Shown piece by piece: positions 10,706-22,104 of a stretch of 64,000 nucleotides of DNA (position 1 is the stretch's first letter; the number at the start of each line of letters is the position of its first letter). The position numbers and the translations under genes were made by a program. The notes below the pieces were generated by a model. It made no database searches. It was not told the DNA's origin and was given only the letters and a program-made list of their open reading frames with translations. Source of the stretch: an uncultured Pseudomonadota bacterium (GTDB lineage Bacteria; Pseudomonadota; Gammaproteobacteria; Ga0077536); the NCBI GenBank assembly GCA_902551695.1, contig CACDEI010000002.1, positions 1,486 through 65,485 on the forward strand, written 5' to 3'.

Positions 10706-11914
10706 CTATTTTTTTGAGGCCTTATAATTCTTTGCAATTAGATTTAGCAGAGACCTCGCTACTTGAAGCTTTTCTGCCCTCGGTATATGACTTTTCGATC
10801 TTTTGTAAAAAACAAACAGCTCATTCTTTGAGCTCCCAAATCCTTGATCAGACAATCCCACCAAATTTGCAGCAATCATATTGAGTTCTTTTTTCTTCAT
10901 TTTATTCATTGCGTTTCGTTCTAAATTTTCTGTTTCAGCTGCAAATCCAACTGTGAAGGGCCGATTAGGATGTTGTGACACAGCCGCCAAAATATCTGGA
11001 TTTTTCTTCATCTCTAAAGTTATTGTTTCTTCGATCTTTTTTATCTTGTTCATCGCGGTTTTTACGGGAGTATAATCTGCCACGGCGGCTGCACCTATGA
11101 AAATGTCTTGTTTAGAATCCAATTCCCTTAAAGTCGCTTTGAACATCTGCCGTGCAGTATTGACCGCTATTAGGCTTGCTCCCTTAGGTGCAGGCAACGC
11201 AGTAGGGCCAGAGACTAAGGTTACTATCGCGCTCATCTCTGCAGCTACTGAGGCGAGACAATAACCCATAAGTCCTGAACTCCTATTGCCTATGTACCTT
11301 ACTGGATCTATCGGCTCTTGAGTAGGGCCGGCTGTAATCAATATTTTGGACCCGCTCAGATGGTTTGTCTTAAACATGTCACTAACGACAGCCACAAAAG
11401 TTTCAGGTTCTGCTAGTCGGCCAAGACCAACCTCCCCACAAGCTTGTTCACCACTCGAGGGTCCGTTGAAAAGAAAGCCACGTTGTTTTAACTTTTTTAT
11501 GTTTGCTTGAGTGGCCAGATTTTTCCACATTTGCTGATTCATGGCCGGTGCTAAAAGAATCGGAGAAGTTGAAGCAAGGCAAATGGTAGACGCTAGGTCT
11601 TTCGCCTGACCAGTGGCGATCTGAGAAATAAAGTCAGCTGATGCTGGCGCGACAATTATAGCATCTGCCCATCTGGCTAATTCTATGTGGCCCATTCCAG
11701 AATCAGTTTCTCCTACGAAAAGAGATGTAAAGACATCCTGTCCAGATACTGCCTGAAAGGTCAACTCGGTAACAAACTCTTGGGCAGCTGACGTCATGGC
11801 AACTCGAACATCTGCCCCCGCAGACCGTAGTTTGCGGACAATCTCTGGAGATTTATACGCGGCAACACCTCCGGTTACTATCAAAAGAAGCTTTTTAGAA
11901 AGAAGAAAATCCAT
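10706..11914 (-). CDS. coaBC: Bifunctional phosphopantothenoylcysteine decarboxylase / phosphopantothenate-cysteine ligase
   Basis: 402 aa with an N-terminal flavoprotein domain (LLIVTGGVAAYK) and a C-terminal CoaB domain (ITAGPTQEPIDPVRYIGNRSSG). Confidence 0.92.
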   Translation of the reverse strand: MDFLLSKKLLLIVTGGVAAYKSPEIVRKLRSAGADVRVAMTSAAQEFVTELTFQAVSGQDVFTSLFVGETDSGMGHIELARWADAIIVAPASADFISQIATGQAKDLASTICLASTSPILLAPAMNQQMWKNLATQANIKKLKQRGFLFNGPSSGEQACGEVGLGRLAEPETFVAVVSDMFKTNHLSGSKILITAGPTQEPIDPVRYIGNRSSGLMGYCLASVAAEMSAIVTLVSGPTALPAPKGASLIAVNTARQMFKATLRELDSKQDIFIGAAAVADYTPVKTAMNKIKKIEETITLEMKKNPDILAAVSQHPNRPFTVGFAAETENLERNAMNKMKKKELNMIAANLVGLSDQGFGSSKNELFVFYKRSKSHIPRAEKLQVARSLLNLIAKNYKASKK

Positions 11915-12061
11915 AGCCTTATTCTATAATCAAATTGAAATTCCGACCTATTCGAAGGCAAACTTAGCTCCCGGCGCTGTTCACCCAAAAAAATACTTGG
12001 CTTCCAAGTAAAAAGATAATAACATCTCGCGTCAATTAGTTAAATTTAAGGTAGTAAAACT

Positions 12062-12298
12062 ATGTCTCGAGTGTGTCAAGTTACCGGTAAACGCCCGCTC
12101 TCGGGAAACAACGTATCCCACGCCCATAACAAGACCCGAAGAAGATTTCTGCCCAACCTGCAGTCTCATAAATTCTGGGTAGAAAGCGAAAATAAGTGGA
12201 TCAGGTTACGCGTTAGTACTAAAGGGCTTAGGATTATAGACAAAAATGGCATAGACGCCGTTCTCAAGGATCTGCGTTCTAAGGGGCAAAAAATATAG
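12062..12298 (+). CDS. rpmB: 50S ribosomal protein L28
   Basis: 78 aa, starting [34 protein letters not shown]. Confidence 0.95.
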   Translation: MSRVCQVTGKRPLSGNNVSHAHNKTRRRFLPNLQSHKFWVESENKWIRLRVSTKGLRIIDKNGIDAVLKDLRSKGQKI

Positions 12299-12310
12299 GA
12301 GCACTTATTC

Positions 12311-12466
12311 ATGCAGGAAAAAATCAAACTAGTTTCCAGTGCAGGTACGGGTCATTACTACACTACGACGAAAAACAAACGAACACATCCTGATAAAATG
12401 GAAGTGAAAAAATACGATCCTGTCGTTAGAAAGCACGTGAACTATAAAGAGTCAAAAATAAAGTAG
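12311..12466 (+). CDS. rpmG: 50S ribosomal protein L33
   Basis: Hand-translated 51-aa ORF, below the ORF-track length cutoff: [51 protein letters not shown]. It lies 12 nt after rpmB. Confidence 0.9.
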   Translation: MQEKIKLVSSAGTGHYYTTTKNKRTHPDKMEVKKYDPVVRKHVNYKESKIK

Positions 12467-12484
12467 ATGGCCTTCTACACCAAC

Positions 12485-13693
12485 TTATCTAGGTTCAGCA
12501 AGAAAACTATAAGACTTAAGTCTAGCTGAAAATTCTCTTAAGGCCGTTATCTTTGTTTTTTCCGCAGACTCACACCAGTCATTTATAAAAGGTATCACCG
12601 AATGAGCATCAGTGGTCCTGAGTCCGTAGAGTTTGGTTAATTTTTCTCGGAAATCATAAGCGACAGCAAGTCGAGCATGAGAATCAAAACAGCTTCCTAA
12701 GAGCTTCTTTTCTATGTCAGTGAGTCGGGTACTTTCTTTCAGCAATATTTTCTTTATCTGCTCAAGTCTTACCAGGGCCATGCCAGATAAGGTTTGGCAT
12801 TCCTCTCTATAAATTTTCTTTAGCACTAATTGACCATAGTTAGACAAAATGATTAGTCGATTTGAGACCACGGCTTTTGCGTTACTCCTATCGGATGGGT
12901 TACCGTCTTTTTTCTCCGTAAAATTGAGTCTATAAGCGCTTTTTATGTTGGCTAATTTCATAGCACCTAAAATTCGTATGTATAACCAGCCAAGATCGAA
13001 CTCCCAAGGTCTGATAGAAAACTTTGCTGAATTCGCAAAACTATGATGATTATTGTGTAGCTCCTCACCTCCGATTAATATTCCAATGGGAAGTAAATTA
13101 GTTGAGTTATCAGGAGTTTCAAAGTTCCTGTACCCAGTGTGATGCCCTAGACCGTTAACTACACCGGCTGCAAAAAAGGGAATCCAGCACATTTGAATCG
13201 CAGTTATTGTTATGCCAATGAAACCGAAAAGGTAGAAGTTTATGACAAACATAGCTAAGACACCGCCACCTGGAAAGGCGCTGTACACCTTTAGCTCTAG
13301 CCAATCTATGGGCGCTCCATAACCATATCTCTGTCTAAGGCTCAAATCTTTAGAAGCTTCCCTATAAAGCTCAGCTCCTTTCAATAAGACGTTCCGTAAG
13401 CCAAAGACAGACGGGCTATGGGGATCTCCCATAGTATCGACCATTGCATGATGCCTTCTGTGCACTGCGATCCACTCTTTGGTATTCATCCCAGTGGTCA
13501 ACCATAACCAGAAGCGAAATATATGTGTAACAACTGGATGAAACTCTACCGAGCGGTGCGCCTGGCTTCGGTGCAAGTATAAAGTCACCGAGATGATGGT
13601 GATATGAGTATAGGCGAGACTAATCAAAAGGGCTTCCCACCACTCGATGTTTACAATACCGCTTAGCATCAACATTCCTCTTACAGACCACAA
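12485..13693 (-). CDS. Membrane acyl-CoA/acyl-lipid (delta-9 type) fatty acid desaturase
   Basis: 402 aa with three histidine boxes (HRSQAH, HRRHH, HNNHH) and hydrophobic spans. The size is similar to Pseudomonas DesA-type enzymes. The start could also be one of the internal Met codons a few residues downstream. Confidence 0.8.
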   Translation of the reverse strand: MWSVRGMLMLSGIVNIEWWEALLISLAYTHITIISVTLYLHRSQAHRSVEFHPVVTHIFRFWLWLTTGMNTKEWIAVHRRHHAMVDTMGDPHSPSVFGLRNVLLKGAELYREASKDLSLRQRYGYGAPIDWLELKVYSAFPGGGVLAMFVINFYLFGFIGITITAIQMCWIPFFAAGVVNGLGHHTGYRNFETPDNSTNLLPIGILIGGEELHNNHHSFANSAKFSIRPWEFDLGWLYIRILGAMKLANIKSAYRLNFTEKKDGNPSDRSNAKAVVSNRLIILSNYGQLVLKKIYREECQTLSGMALVRLEQIKKILLKESTRLTDIEKKLLGSCFDSHARLAVAYDFREKLTKLYGLRTTDAHSVIPFINDWCESAEKTKITALREFSARLKSYSFLAEPR

Positions 13694-13806
13694 GAATAGC
13701 TATCTTAAATCATCTAGGAGATAACAATAAAAGAAGGCGACCTCATAATCTAGTGTTTAATGGTTAAAAATTTGTTACCTTGTTTTCCTTTTGGCTAGCA
13801 ATCAAA

Positions 13807-14619
13807 ATGCCCGAATTACCAGAAGTAGAAACCACCTGCAAGGGGGTTTCTAGAATCTTAAACTCTAAAACGGTCACCGGCGGAATTATCCATGAAAGAA
13901 GACTGAGATATGAAGTAGAAACAAATCTCCCGGATAAATTACTCGGGAAAACTCTCTATGAGATTAAGCGTAGAGGAAAATATATCATCATGTTCTTCGA
14001 CGGTGGCTCCCTTATAATACACCTTGGCATGTCAGGCAGTTTAAGAGTTTTAAGCACAAACACAGAAAAACGAAAGCATGATCATATAGAATTATTTTTC
14101 GGCAATTTGATTTTGCGATTTCACGATCCCAGAAGATTTGGCTCTTTCACTTGGACAGACCATAGTCCTTATGAACACAAATTACTGAAAAGTCTTGGAG
14201 CAGAGCCTCTTGAGAAATGCTTTGATGGGGCCTACCTCTATCAGAAGACTAGAAATAGGCGTGGACATATAAAAAGCTTAATTATGAATGCTAAAATAGT
14301 TGTGGGAGTCGGGAATATATACGCTAATGAATCTTTGTTTGAGGCTGGTATTCATCCTCATCGACAAGCTAACAGAATAAGCTTGAAACGCTATTCTCGC
14401 CTTGCTCAAAAAATTAAAGATGTGCTTTGGGAGTCGATTTTATCGGGAGGAACGACGCTTAGAGACTTTTATGACAAGGACGGGAACCCAGGTTACTTTA
14501 AAACAAAACTTAAGGTTTACGGAAAAGAGGGCCAGCCTTGCAGCGCCTGCGATCGACCCATTAAACACATAGTAACTGGCCAGCGAGCGACCTATTACTG
14601 TAGCCACTGCCAGAGGTAA
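13807..14619 (+). CDS. mutM: Formamidopyrimidine-DNA glycosylase
   Basis: The canonical N-terminus MPELPEVE starts at ATG 13807, so the ORF-track start at 13780 is an upstream extension. The C-terminal zinc finger is CSACDRPIKHIVTGQRATYYCSHCQ. Confidence 0.92.
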   Translation: MPELPEVETTCKGVSRILNSKTVTGGIIHERRLRYEVETNLPDKLLGKTLYEIKRRGKYIIMFFDGGSLIIHLGMSGSLRVLSTNTEKRKHDHIELFFGNLILRFHDPRRFGSFTWTDHSPYEHKLLKSLGAEPLEKCFDGAYLYQKTRNRRGHIKSLIMNAKIVVGVGNIYANESLFEAGIHPHRQANRISLKRYSRLAQKIKDVLWESILSGGTTLRDFYDKDGNPGYFKTKLKVYGKEGQPCSACDRPIKHIVTGQRATYYCSHCQR

Positions 14620-14623
14620 TATT

Positions 14624-16300
14624 TCATTTCTGCAAATCAGCCAAACCTTCACCCCGTGGATCACTGGCTGCGTATACTTTCCCCCTAGATTTATCCCATA
14701 AAATTGCGTGCATGTTGCCGTATTTCCTATCTACCTCCTTCAATTCGTGCCCCCTCCTCTCTAGTTCCTGCTGAAGAGAAGGACTAAACGCATCTTTCTC
14801 AAATTGGAGGATGTCAGGCATGTATTGATGATGAAACCGCTCCTTTTTCACCCATGCTGCGGGCAGTTTGCCATCAACAAATTCTAATGATGATATTAAA
14901 ACCATCGATATAATACGGCTACCTCCTGGTGTACCAATTATTCCGATTCGATCATTAGATTCTAAAAAAGTTGGGGTCATGCTAGACAGTGGTCTTTTTC
15001 CAGGTTGGATTGAATTAGCATGGTTACCGACTAAGCCGTAAGCATTAGGCGCTAGAGGCGAAGCTGAAAAATCATCCATTTCGTTATTTAGGAGAACCCC
15101 GGTACCAGGAACTACGAAGGAAGCGCCAAAGGGATAGTTTATGCTAAGCGTGGCCGCCACTCTATTTCCTTCTTTATCTAACACGGAAAAATGAGTGGTG
15201 TCTTTCCCTTTGTCGATAGTCAATCCCTTTAAACTATCACTGGGAGTCGCCTGACCCATTTTGATATCGCTCGCTAATTGATCAGCATACCGCAGGGAAA
15301 TCATTTTTTTCACATCAATATCGTTGTAATCCGGATCTCCTAAAAAATCAGCCCTGTCCCTATAGGCTCTCCTCATCGCCTCAGTTATTACGTGAATACG
15401 ATCTGTCTCTTGCAAAATCCCTAGTTCATAGTTTCGAAGGATATTTAGAGATTGCAACAGCACAATTCCTCCCGAGGAGGGAAGCGGCGCGGAAATAATT
15501 TTAACTCCTTCATATTTTCCATAAAGCGGGACCCTTTCTATAACGGAGTAAGAACTAAGATCTGATTTATCCCAAATACCTCCGTGCTGCTTCACACCCG
15601 AAACCAGGCGATCTGCAAGACTCCCATTATAAAAACTACTCGCATTATCAGAGGCAATACTTCTTAATGTACTAGCTAGATCTTTCTGGACAATCCTCTC
15701 TCCTAGAGAGAGGTCTGTACCGCCAAGAAATATTTCCTTTGCCTCTCCAACGAATGATTTCTTCCTGAACCCAGCCATGCGAAGGTATCTTGGACCTACT
15801 TCAAACCCATTCTCCGCGAGATCGATTGCCTCCTTAAAACAGTCTGAAAGTGATTTCTTTCCATACTTTTTAGATAGATGAACTAAACCGGCCGGCAAGC
15901 CTGGAATCCCAGCTGCCAAAGGTCCATTTAAGGATTTAAGCCTATCGAACTTCCCGTCTTTTTTGAGATACATATCCGGAAAGGCTGCCCCGGGAGCAGT
16001 TTCTCTAGCATCTATAAAAACATAAGATTTTTTTTTATTATCGAATACTAGGAAAAAACCGCCGCCTCCTATGCCCGAACTGTAAGGTTCGACTACTGCC
16101 AGGGAAGATGCAACCGCAACTGCAGCATCAAAAGCGTTACCTCCTGAATTCAGGATGTTCAAGCCAGCCCTAGTGGCAAGTGGGTGGGCAGACGCGACTG
16201 CACCTGTTGGAGGAATTTCTTGCGACTGAGAAGGCGTTGTTAGTATAAACAAACAAAGCAAAGGTAGAAACCATACTTCGGTCCGAATTTTCTTAATCAA
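14624..16300 (-). CDS. ggt: Gamma-glutamyltransferase (periplasmic)
   Basis: 558 aa with an N-terminal signal-like hydrophobic segment. The autocatalytic Thr context is GKDTTHFSVLD, and GGSRII is present near the C-terminus. The start codon is TTG. Confidence 0.9.
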   Translation of the reverse strand: MIKKIRTEVWFLPLLCLFILTTPSQSQEIPPTGAVASAHPLATRAGLNILNSGGNAFDAAVAVASSLAVVEPYSSGIGGGGFFLVFDNKKKSYVFIDARETAPGAAFPDMYLKKDGKFDRLKSLNGPLAAGIPGLPAGLVHLSKKYGKKSLSDCFKEAIDLAENGFEVGPRYLRMAGFRKKSFVGEAKEIFLGGTDLSLGERIVQKDLASTLRSIASDNASSFYNGSLADRLVSGVKQHGGIWDKSDLSSYSVIERVPLYGKYEGVKIISAPLPSSGGIVLLQSLNILRNYELGILQETDRIHVITEAMRRAYRDRADFLGDPDYNDIDVKKMISLRYADQLASDIKMGQATPSDSLKGLTIDKGKDTTHFSVLDKEGNRVAATLSINYPFGASFVVPGTGVLLNNEMDDFSASPLAPNAYGLVGNHANSIQPGKRPLSSMTPTFLESNDRIGIIGTPGGSRIISMVLISSLEFVDGKLPAAWVKKERFHHQYMPDILQFEKDAFSPSLQQELERRGHELKEVDRKYGNMHAILWDKSRGKVYAASDPRGEGLADLQK

Positions 16301-16315
16301 TTTCTAATTCCTTTA

Positions 16316-17694
<1,379 letters not shown>

Positions 17695-17701
17695 AAATAT
17701 G

Positions 17702-19009
17702 CTAGTCCGAACCTGTCATTTCACCAACCACAACCGTGGCGAAGTCAAGGGGCATTTTTTCCCTAAATGCAGCGACCACGTCGGATTTGTTTACGTTTTC
17801 TATTTTTTTGGGAAAAGTCGTTAGATAGTCCGAAGGCAAACCGTAAAAACCAATCATACTAAGATATCCTAGAATTTTTTGATTGCTATCTATCCTATTT
17901 GGAAAACCCTTTATTAAATTGGCTTTAGCGAGCTTTAAATCTGTATCTGATGGCCCATCACGTAGAAATTTAGTCACTTGCTCCCTGAGTACCTTCAAGG
18001 CTTCGTCTTTTTTCTCATTTTCTGTCTGCATCCCAACCACAAAAGGACCACGCTTCTCCATTGGTACAAAATAGCTGTAGGTTGAATAAGATAATCCTCT
18101 TTTTTCTCGAATCTCTTGGAACAACACTGAGACTAATGAATTTCCTCCCAAAGCGTGGTTTCCAACCAAAAGCGGGAAATAATCAGGCTCATTCCTCGAT
18201 ATTCCGACTTGTCCAAGCCTGATGTGCGTTTGCTTAGACTGCTTATCAATTATGGTGGTTAGGCCCGCCGGAATTGTAACATCGGGGATAGGTTTCGGGG
18301 GTTTACCCTGGAGCATTTTTTCTGAGAGCTTTTCAGATAATTCAATTGCGTCGGCTTTTTCTAGATCCCCTACAATGCTTATAACTGCATTTTGAGTCAC
18401 GTAATATGTTGAGAAAAATGCTAGTAAATCTTCCCGCTGTAGAGATTCTAATGACTCTTTATTGCCCAGTGGAAAGTTGCCGTAAGGGTGATCTTTATAA
18501 ATACTGCCCCAAAGACTCTCGTCAGCAACAGCACCTAAAGACTGCTCTTTAAGAGCGATCTCTAGCTGCATTTCTTCCACAACTCTTTTCATCTCAAGAG
18601 CATTAAATTGGGGCCTTGTAACAGCTAGAGTGAGCAAATCTAAAGACTCATTGTAGTATTCTTCGCTTTTAAGCGTTCTCAAACTAATGAAGGCCATTTC
18701 CCTAAGGGAATCGGCGTAAAGATTTGCTCCGGTCATAGCTAGCTTATCTTTAAATCCAGAGGCCTCAAATTCACCTGCGCCTTCCAAAAGCAAGCGGTTT
18801 ACCACTTTTGCTAGACCATAATTTCTTCCATCTCTTACACTTCCAGCCCCAAAGACGACCCTGATATCCACCATAGGGATTTCAGCTGCTCTCACAAAAT
18901 TCACCTTCGCGCCTTTTTTTGTCTCCCAGGAGATCACTCGTACATCAGCACATAGTTCACCGCTTAGCACAACGAGTCCTAGAATTAAGGCATAAAATCG
19001 AGACTCCAT
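17702..19009 (-). CDS. M16 family peptidase-like protein, non-catalytic subunit type
   Basis: 435 aa with signal-like N-terminus and M16 fold similarity, but no HxxEH zinc motif (the equivalent region reads LAKVVNRLLLEGAG). It overlaps the upstream M16 gene by 1 nt. Confidence 0.75.
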   Translation of the reverse strand: MESRFYALILGLVVLSGELCADVRVISWETKKGAKVNFVRAAEIPMVDIRVVFGAGSVRDGRNYGLAKVVNRLLLEGAGEFEASGFKDKLAMTGANLYADSLREMAFISLRTLKSEEYYNESLDLLTLAVTRPQFNALEMKRVVEEMQLEIALKEQSLGAVADESLWGSIYKDHPYGNFPLGNKESLESLQREDLLAFFSTYYVTQNAVISIVGDLEKADAIELSEKLSEKMLQGKPPKPIPDVTIPAGLTTIIDKQSKQTHIRLGQVGISRNEPDYFPLLVGNHALGGNSLVSVLFQEIREKRGLSYSTYSYFVPMEKRGPFVVGMQTENEKKDEALKVLREQVTKFLRDGPSDTDLKLAKANLIKGFPNRIDSNQKILGYLSMIGFYGLPSDYLTTFPKKIENVNKSDVVAAFREKMPLDFATVVVGEMTGSD

Positions 19010-20358
19010 TACAGGGCTCCTGGTATTAATCGAACAGTCGTCTCCAAATCAGGCACAAAGTATTTCTTTGCTACCTGGGCCACGTGATCACTGTTGATAG
19101 CTTTTATTTCGTCAACATAGCTATCATTTATCCTCCAATCAATTCCGACCGAATCCAATGTACCAATGAGCATAGCTCTATAGGCAATTGAGTCTAATTG
19201 AAAGGTCGCGTTAGCCACTGTCTGGGCTATCACTTTCTTCAACTCTCTTTCACCAGGAGGATTGTTTATGAGCCCTGAGATTTCTTCTTTTAATGCGTTC
19301 TCTAAGACCTCCGAAGAGACTCCTTTTTTAGGGATTGCCGAAAGAGTGAAAAGATCTGGGAGTAGTGTTGCCCAAGAGTAAGAAGCCCTCGCAGAAGTAG
19401 CCAATTTCGATTGCCTAACGATGGAGGATTCCAATCGGGCACCATCGAAACCACTCAGCACTGTAGCTAAAACCTCGAGCGCGAATGGCTCCCATCTTTC
19501 TATGTCAGAATCCATAAGAGCTTGCCGGTAGGATGGAACCTTGTAACCGAGCACAACGTGCGGCACTTTTGCCTTGCTAGAACTAAAATCTATTCTCTTA
19601 CCCCCTGACTGCCTTACCTCCGGCCTTCTCTTATCTTTTGGAATGATTCCCGCGGGGATAGCACCGAAGTGTTTCTCCGCTAAATCGAATACTCTATCCG
19701 CTGTCACCTTTCCGACCACGACCAGGGTAGCGTTGTTAGGGTGATAGTAGCTATCGTACCAGTTCCTTAAATCTGAGATGGTTAGATCCTCAATATCAGC
19801 TCTCCATCCGATTACAGGGTTTCTATACGGGCTAGTCACGAAGGCATTCGCCTTGAGCAATTCGTATGCCATTGAAATAGGCCGGTCATCTACCCTTAGA
19901 GAGCGCTCCTCCAATACCACCGATTTTTCGTGAACAAATTCAGATGAATCTAAAATCAAGTTTCTCATTCTGTCGGCTTCCATTACGAAACTTGTCTCTA
20001 GGTTTTCTGGAGCCCATTGCTGGTAGTAAGCCGTAAAGTCACTAGAAGTAAATGCATTTTCCGACCCGCCTCGTTCCGAAACCAACCTTGAAAATGCTCC
20101 TGATTCGCTAGACTTAGTTGCCTTGAACATCATGTGTTCCAAGGCGTGGGAAATTCCAGTTATTCCATTCCGTTCATAAGCTGAGCCCACCCTATACCAT
20201 ATCTGTGCATTAACTATCGGCGCTCGGTTGTCAGGTTGGACTATTATCTTCAAGCCATTGGCAAGTGTACGCTCCTCTGCAGTGCTACCAGAATGAGCAA
20301 GTGAACATAAAGAAAGTAATATGACTAACACGCAAGTTTTTAAATATTTGACTCTCAC
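19009..20358 (-). CDS. M16 family zinc peptidase (pitrilysin-like), catalytic subunit type
   Basis: 449 aa with a signal peptide and the inverted zinc motif HALEH followed by a downstream Glu. It pairs with the following M16 gene, next to ftsY as in Pseudomonas. Confidence 0.8.
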   Translation of the reverse strand: MRVKYLKTCVLVILLSLCSLAHSGSTAEERTLANGLKIIVQPDNRAPIVNAQIWYRVGSAYERNGITGISHALEHMMFKATKSSESGAFSRLVSERGGSENAFTSSDFTAYYQQWAPENLETSFVMEADRMRNLILDSSEFVHEKSVVLEERSLRVDDRPISMAYELLKANAFVTSPYRNPVIGWRADIEDLTISDLRNWYDSYYHPNNATLVVVGKVTADRVFDLAEKHFGAIPAGIIPKDKRRPEVRQSGGKRIDFSSSKAKVPHVVLGYKVPSYRQALMDSDIERWEPFALEVLATVLSGFDGARLESSIVRQSKLATSARASYSWATLLPDLFTLSAIPKKGVSSEVLENALKEEISGLINNPPGERELKKVIAQTVANATFQLDSIAYRAMLIGTLDSVGIDWRINDSYVDEIKAINSDHVAQVAKKYFVPDLETTVRLIPGAL

Positions 20359-20538
20359 TTCAGATCTCGACGAAAATTAACAAAGGAACACCCATTACGT
20401 TAGAACAAAACAGGAAGATTTGTCTTCACCACAATCCTCTATTGGAAGGGTAAATTCAAATACAGCCACCGCAAAAAGGTCTAGGATATCCGAAATGAAA
20501 GCAAACATCACTTCAAAATACATCGAGTTCGACTTACC

Positions 20539-21441
20539 ATGCTGAGGAGATTAAAAAATACGGCCTTTGATTTTGGAGGAACACTCACTAAGGGTTTAAA
20601 GGAGTTTTTTTCTCAAACCTCTACTTTAGACGTGGCAACACTAGAAAAACTAGAGGAGTGCCTTTTGTCAGGCGACTTAGGCCCTCAGGTTACCCATAAA
20701 TTAATAAACTCAATGCGGGCATCATCACTCACTCCTCATGAAGCCTTAGTTGAAGCGATAAAGAAAATTCTCCTCCCTAGCCAACGGCCTGCTCTGATAC
20801 CTCTCGATTTTCGTAAACCCTATCCGATTTTAGTCGTCGGCGTAAATGGATCGGGAAAGACCACCACAGTCGCTAAGCTTGGACGCTACTTTGGAAAGCA
20901 AGGTTACTCATTTACCCTAGCTGGAGCAGATACATATCGGGCTGCCGCCGGAGAACAGCTGTCCGAGTGGGCAAAAAGGCTGGAGGCCCCCATTGTTTTG
21001 GGCAAGATGGGAAAGGATCCCGCCTCTGTGGTTTATGAAGGGTACCAGGAAGCGCTCTCCAATGACTCTGATCTTTTGATTATTGATACCGCTGGGAGGC
21101 TACATACCCAAAAGGGATTAATGGACGAATTAGCAAAAATAAAACGGATAATTCAAAAAGTCCATGATCACCAACCATTCGAGACTCTCTTGGTTATTGA
21201 CTCTTCTATGGGGCGAAATGCAGTAAGGCAAACTGATATTTTTGCCAAAGAAATCGGAGTATCTGGGATTGTAATTACGAAATTAGATGGAAGTGCTAAA
21301 GGAGGGGTCATTTTAGAGATTGCTGATCAGTTTGAAGTTGGTATTAGATTTGTAGGGGTTGGTGAGAGCGCTGAAGACTTATCCATCTTTGATCCAGGCC
21401 AATTCGCTGAAAATTTAATCCCTTTAGAAAGCGGAGAATAA
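20539..21441 (+). CDS. ftsY: Signal recognition particle receptor FtsY (NG domain only)
   Basis: 300 aa with GTPase motifs GVNGSGKTTT, DTAGR and TKLDG. An in-frame stop at 20482-20484 upstream rules out an acidic A-domain. Confidence 0.92.
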   Translation: MLRRLKNTAFDFGGTLTKGLKEFFSQTSTLDVATLEKLEECLLSGDLGPQVTHKLINSMRASSLTPHEALVEAIKKILLPSQRPALIPLDFRKPYPILVVGVNGSGKTTTVAKLGRYFGKQGYSFTLAGADTYRAAAGEQLSEWAKRLEAPIVLGKMGKDPASVVYEGYQEALSNDSDLLIIDTAGRLHTQKGLMDELAKIKRIIQKVHDHQPFETLLVIDSSMGRNAVRQTDIFAKEIGVSGIVITKLDGSAKGGVILEIADQFEVGIRFVGVGESAEDLSIFDPGQFAENLIPLESGE

Positions 21442-22094
21442 TGCTTAGATATGACAATGTAACAGTAACTAACTCCAACGGGTTCGGGAATTTGAAAAAC
21501 GTGTCACTGGAATTACCGAGCGGCTCACTTACCGTAGTGATTGGTAGTAGCGGCGCTGGAAAATCAAGCCTTATTGACGTTGGGGCTGGCCTCAAAAAGT
21601 GCAATAGCGGTAGATTACTAGTCGAAAACAAAGACATTTCCCAAATGAATTCTAAATCTTATTTTAGTTTCCTGAAAGCGACAGCAATCCTAAAGAAAAA
21701 ACCAAGATTAATTGAACGTTTCAACGTCTATGAGAATATCAGGCTGCCTCTGCTACTCCAAGGACATAGGGCAAAGTATATTCGGTTAGAGACCACTAAA
21801 GCATTAGAATACGTGGGATTGCGTCATAAAGAGCTCTCACCCATAAAGGGGTTAAATACCAGCCAGAAGATGCGAATCAACTTGGCACAATGTCTTGTAA
21901 GAAAGCCTAGGCTCTTACTTGCGAATGATCCAACTTTCAACCTGAGCTCGGACGACTTCGATAATTTTAGAGAATTTTTGTATACACTCAAAGACATCGG
22001 TACAACCATTTTAGTGGTAATGGATAGTAGTCGAGTTGGAAAGTTCAAAAATGCCAAGATTAAAACCCTATGGCGAGGAGAGCTGATCCCCTAA
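21441..22094 (+). CDS. ftsE: Cell division ABC-like protein FtsE, with degenerate catalytic motifs
   Basis: 217 aa, gap-free colinear with E. coli FtsE as recalled, in ftsY-ftsE-ftsX synteny. Walker A GSSGAGKS is intact. The signature reads LNTSQKMR, Walker B reads LLLANDPT, the Q-loop position is Lys and the H-loop position is Asp. Confidence 0.85.
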   Translation: MLRYDNVTVTNSNGFGNLKNVSLELPSGSLTVVIGSSGAGKSSLIDVGAGLKKCNSGRLLVENKDISQMNSKSYFSFLKATAILKKKPRLIERFNVYENIRLPLLLQGHRAKYIRLETTKALEYVGLRHKELSPIKGLNTSQKMRINLAQCLVRKPRLLLANDPTFNLSSDDFDNFREFLYTLKDIGTTILVVMDSSRVGKFKNAKIKTLWRGELIP

Positions 22095-22104
22095 GGAATC
22101 CAGG

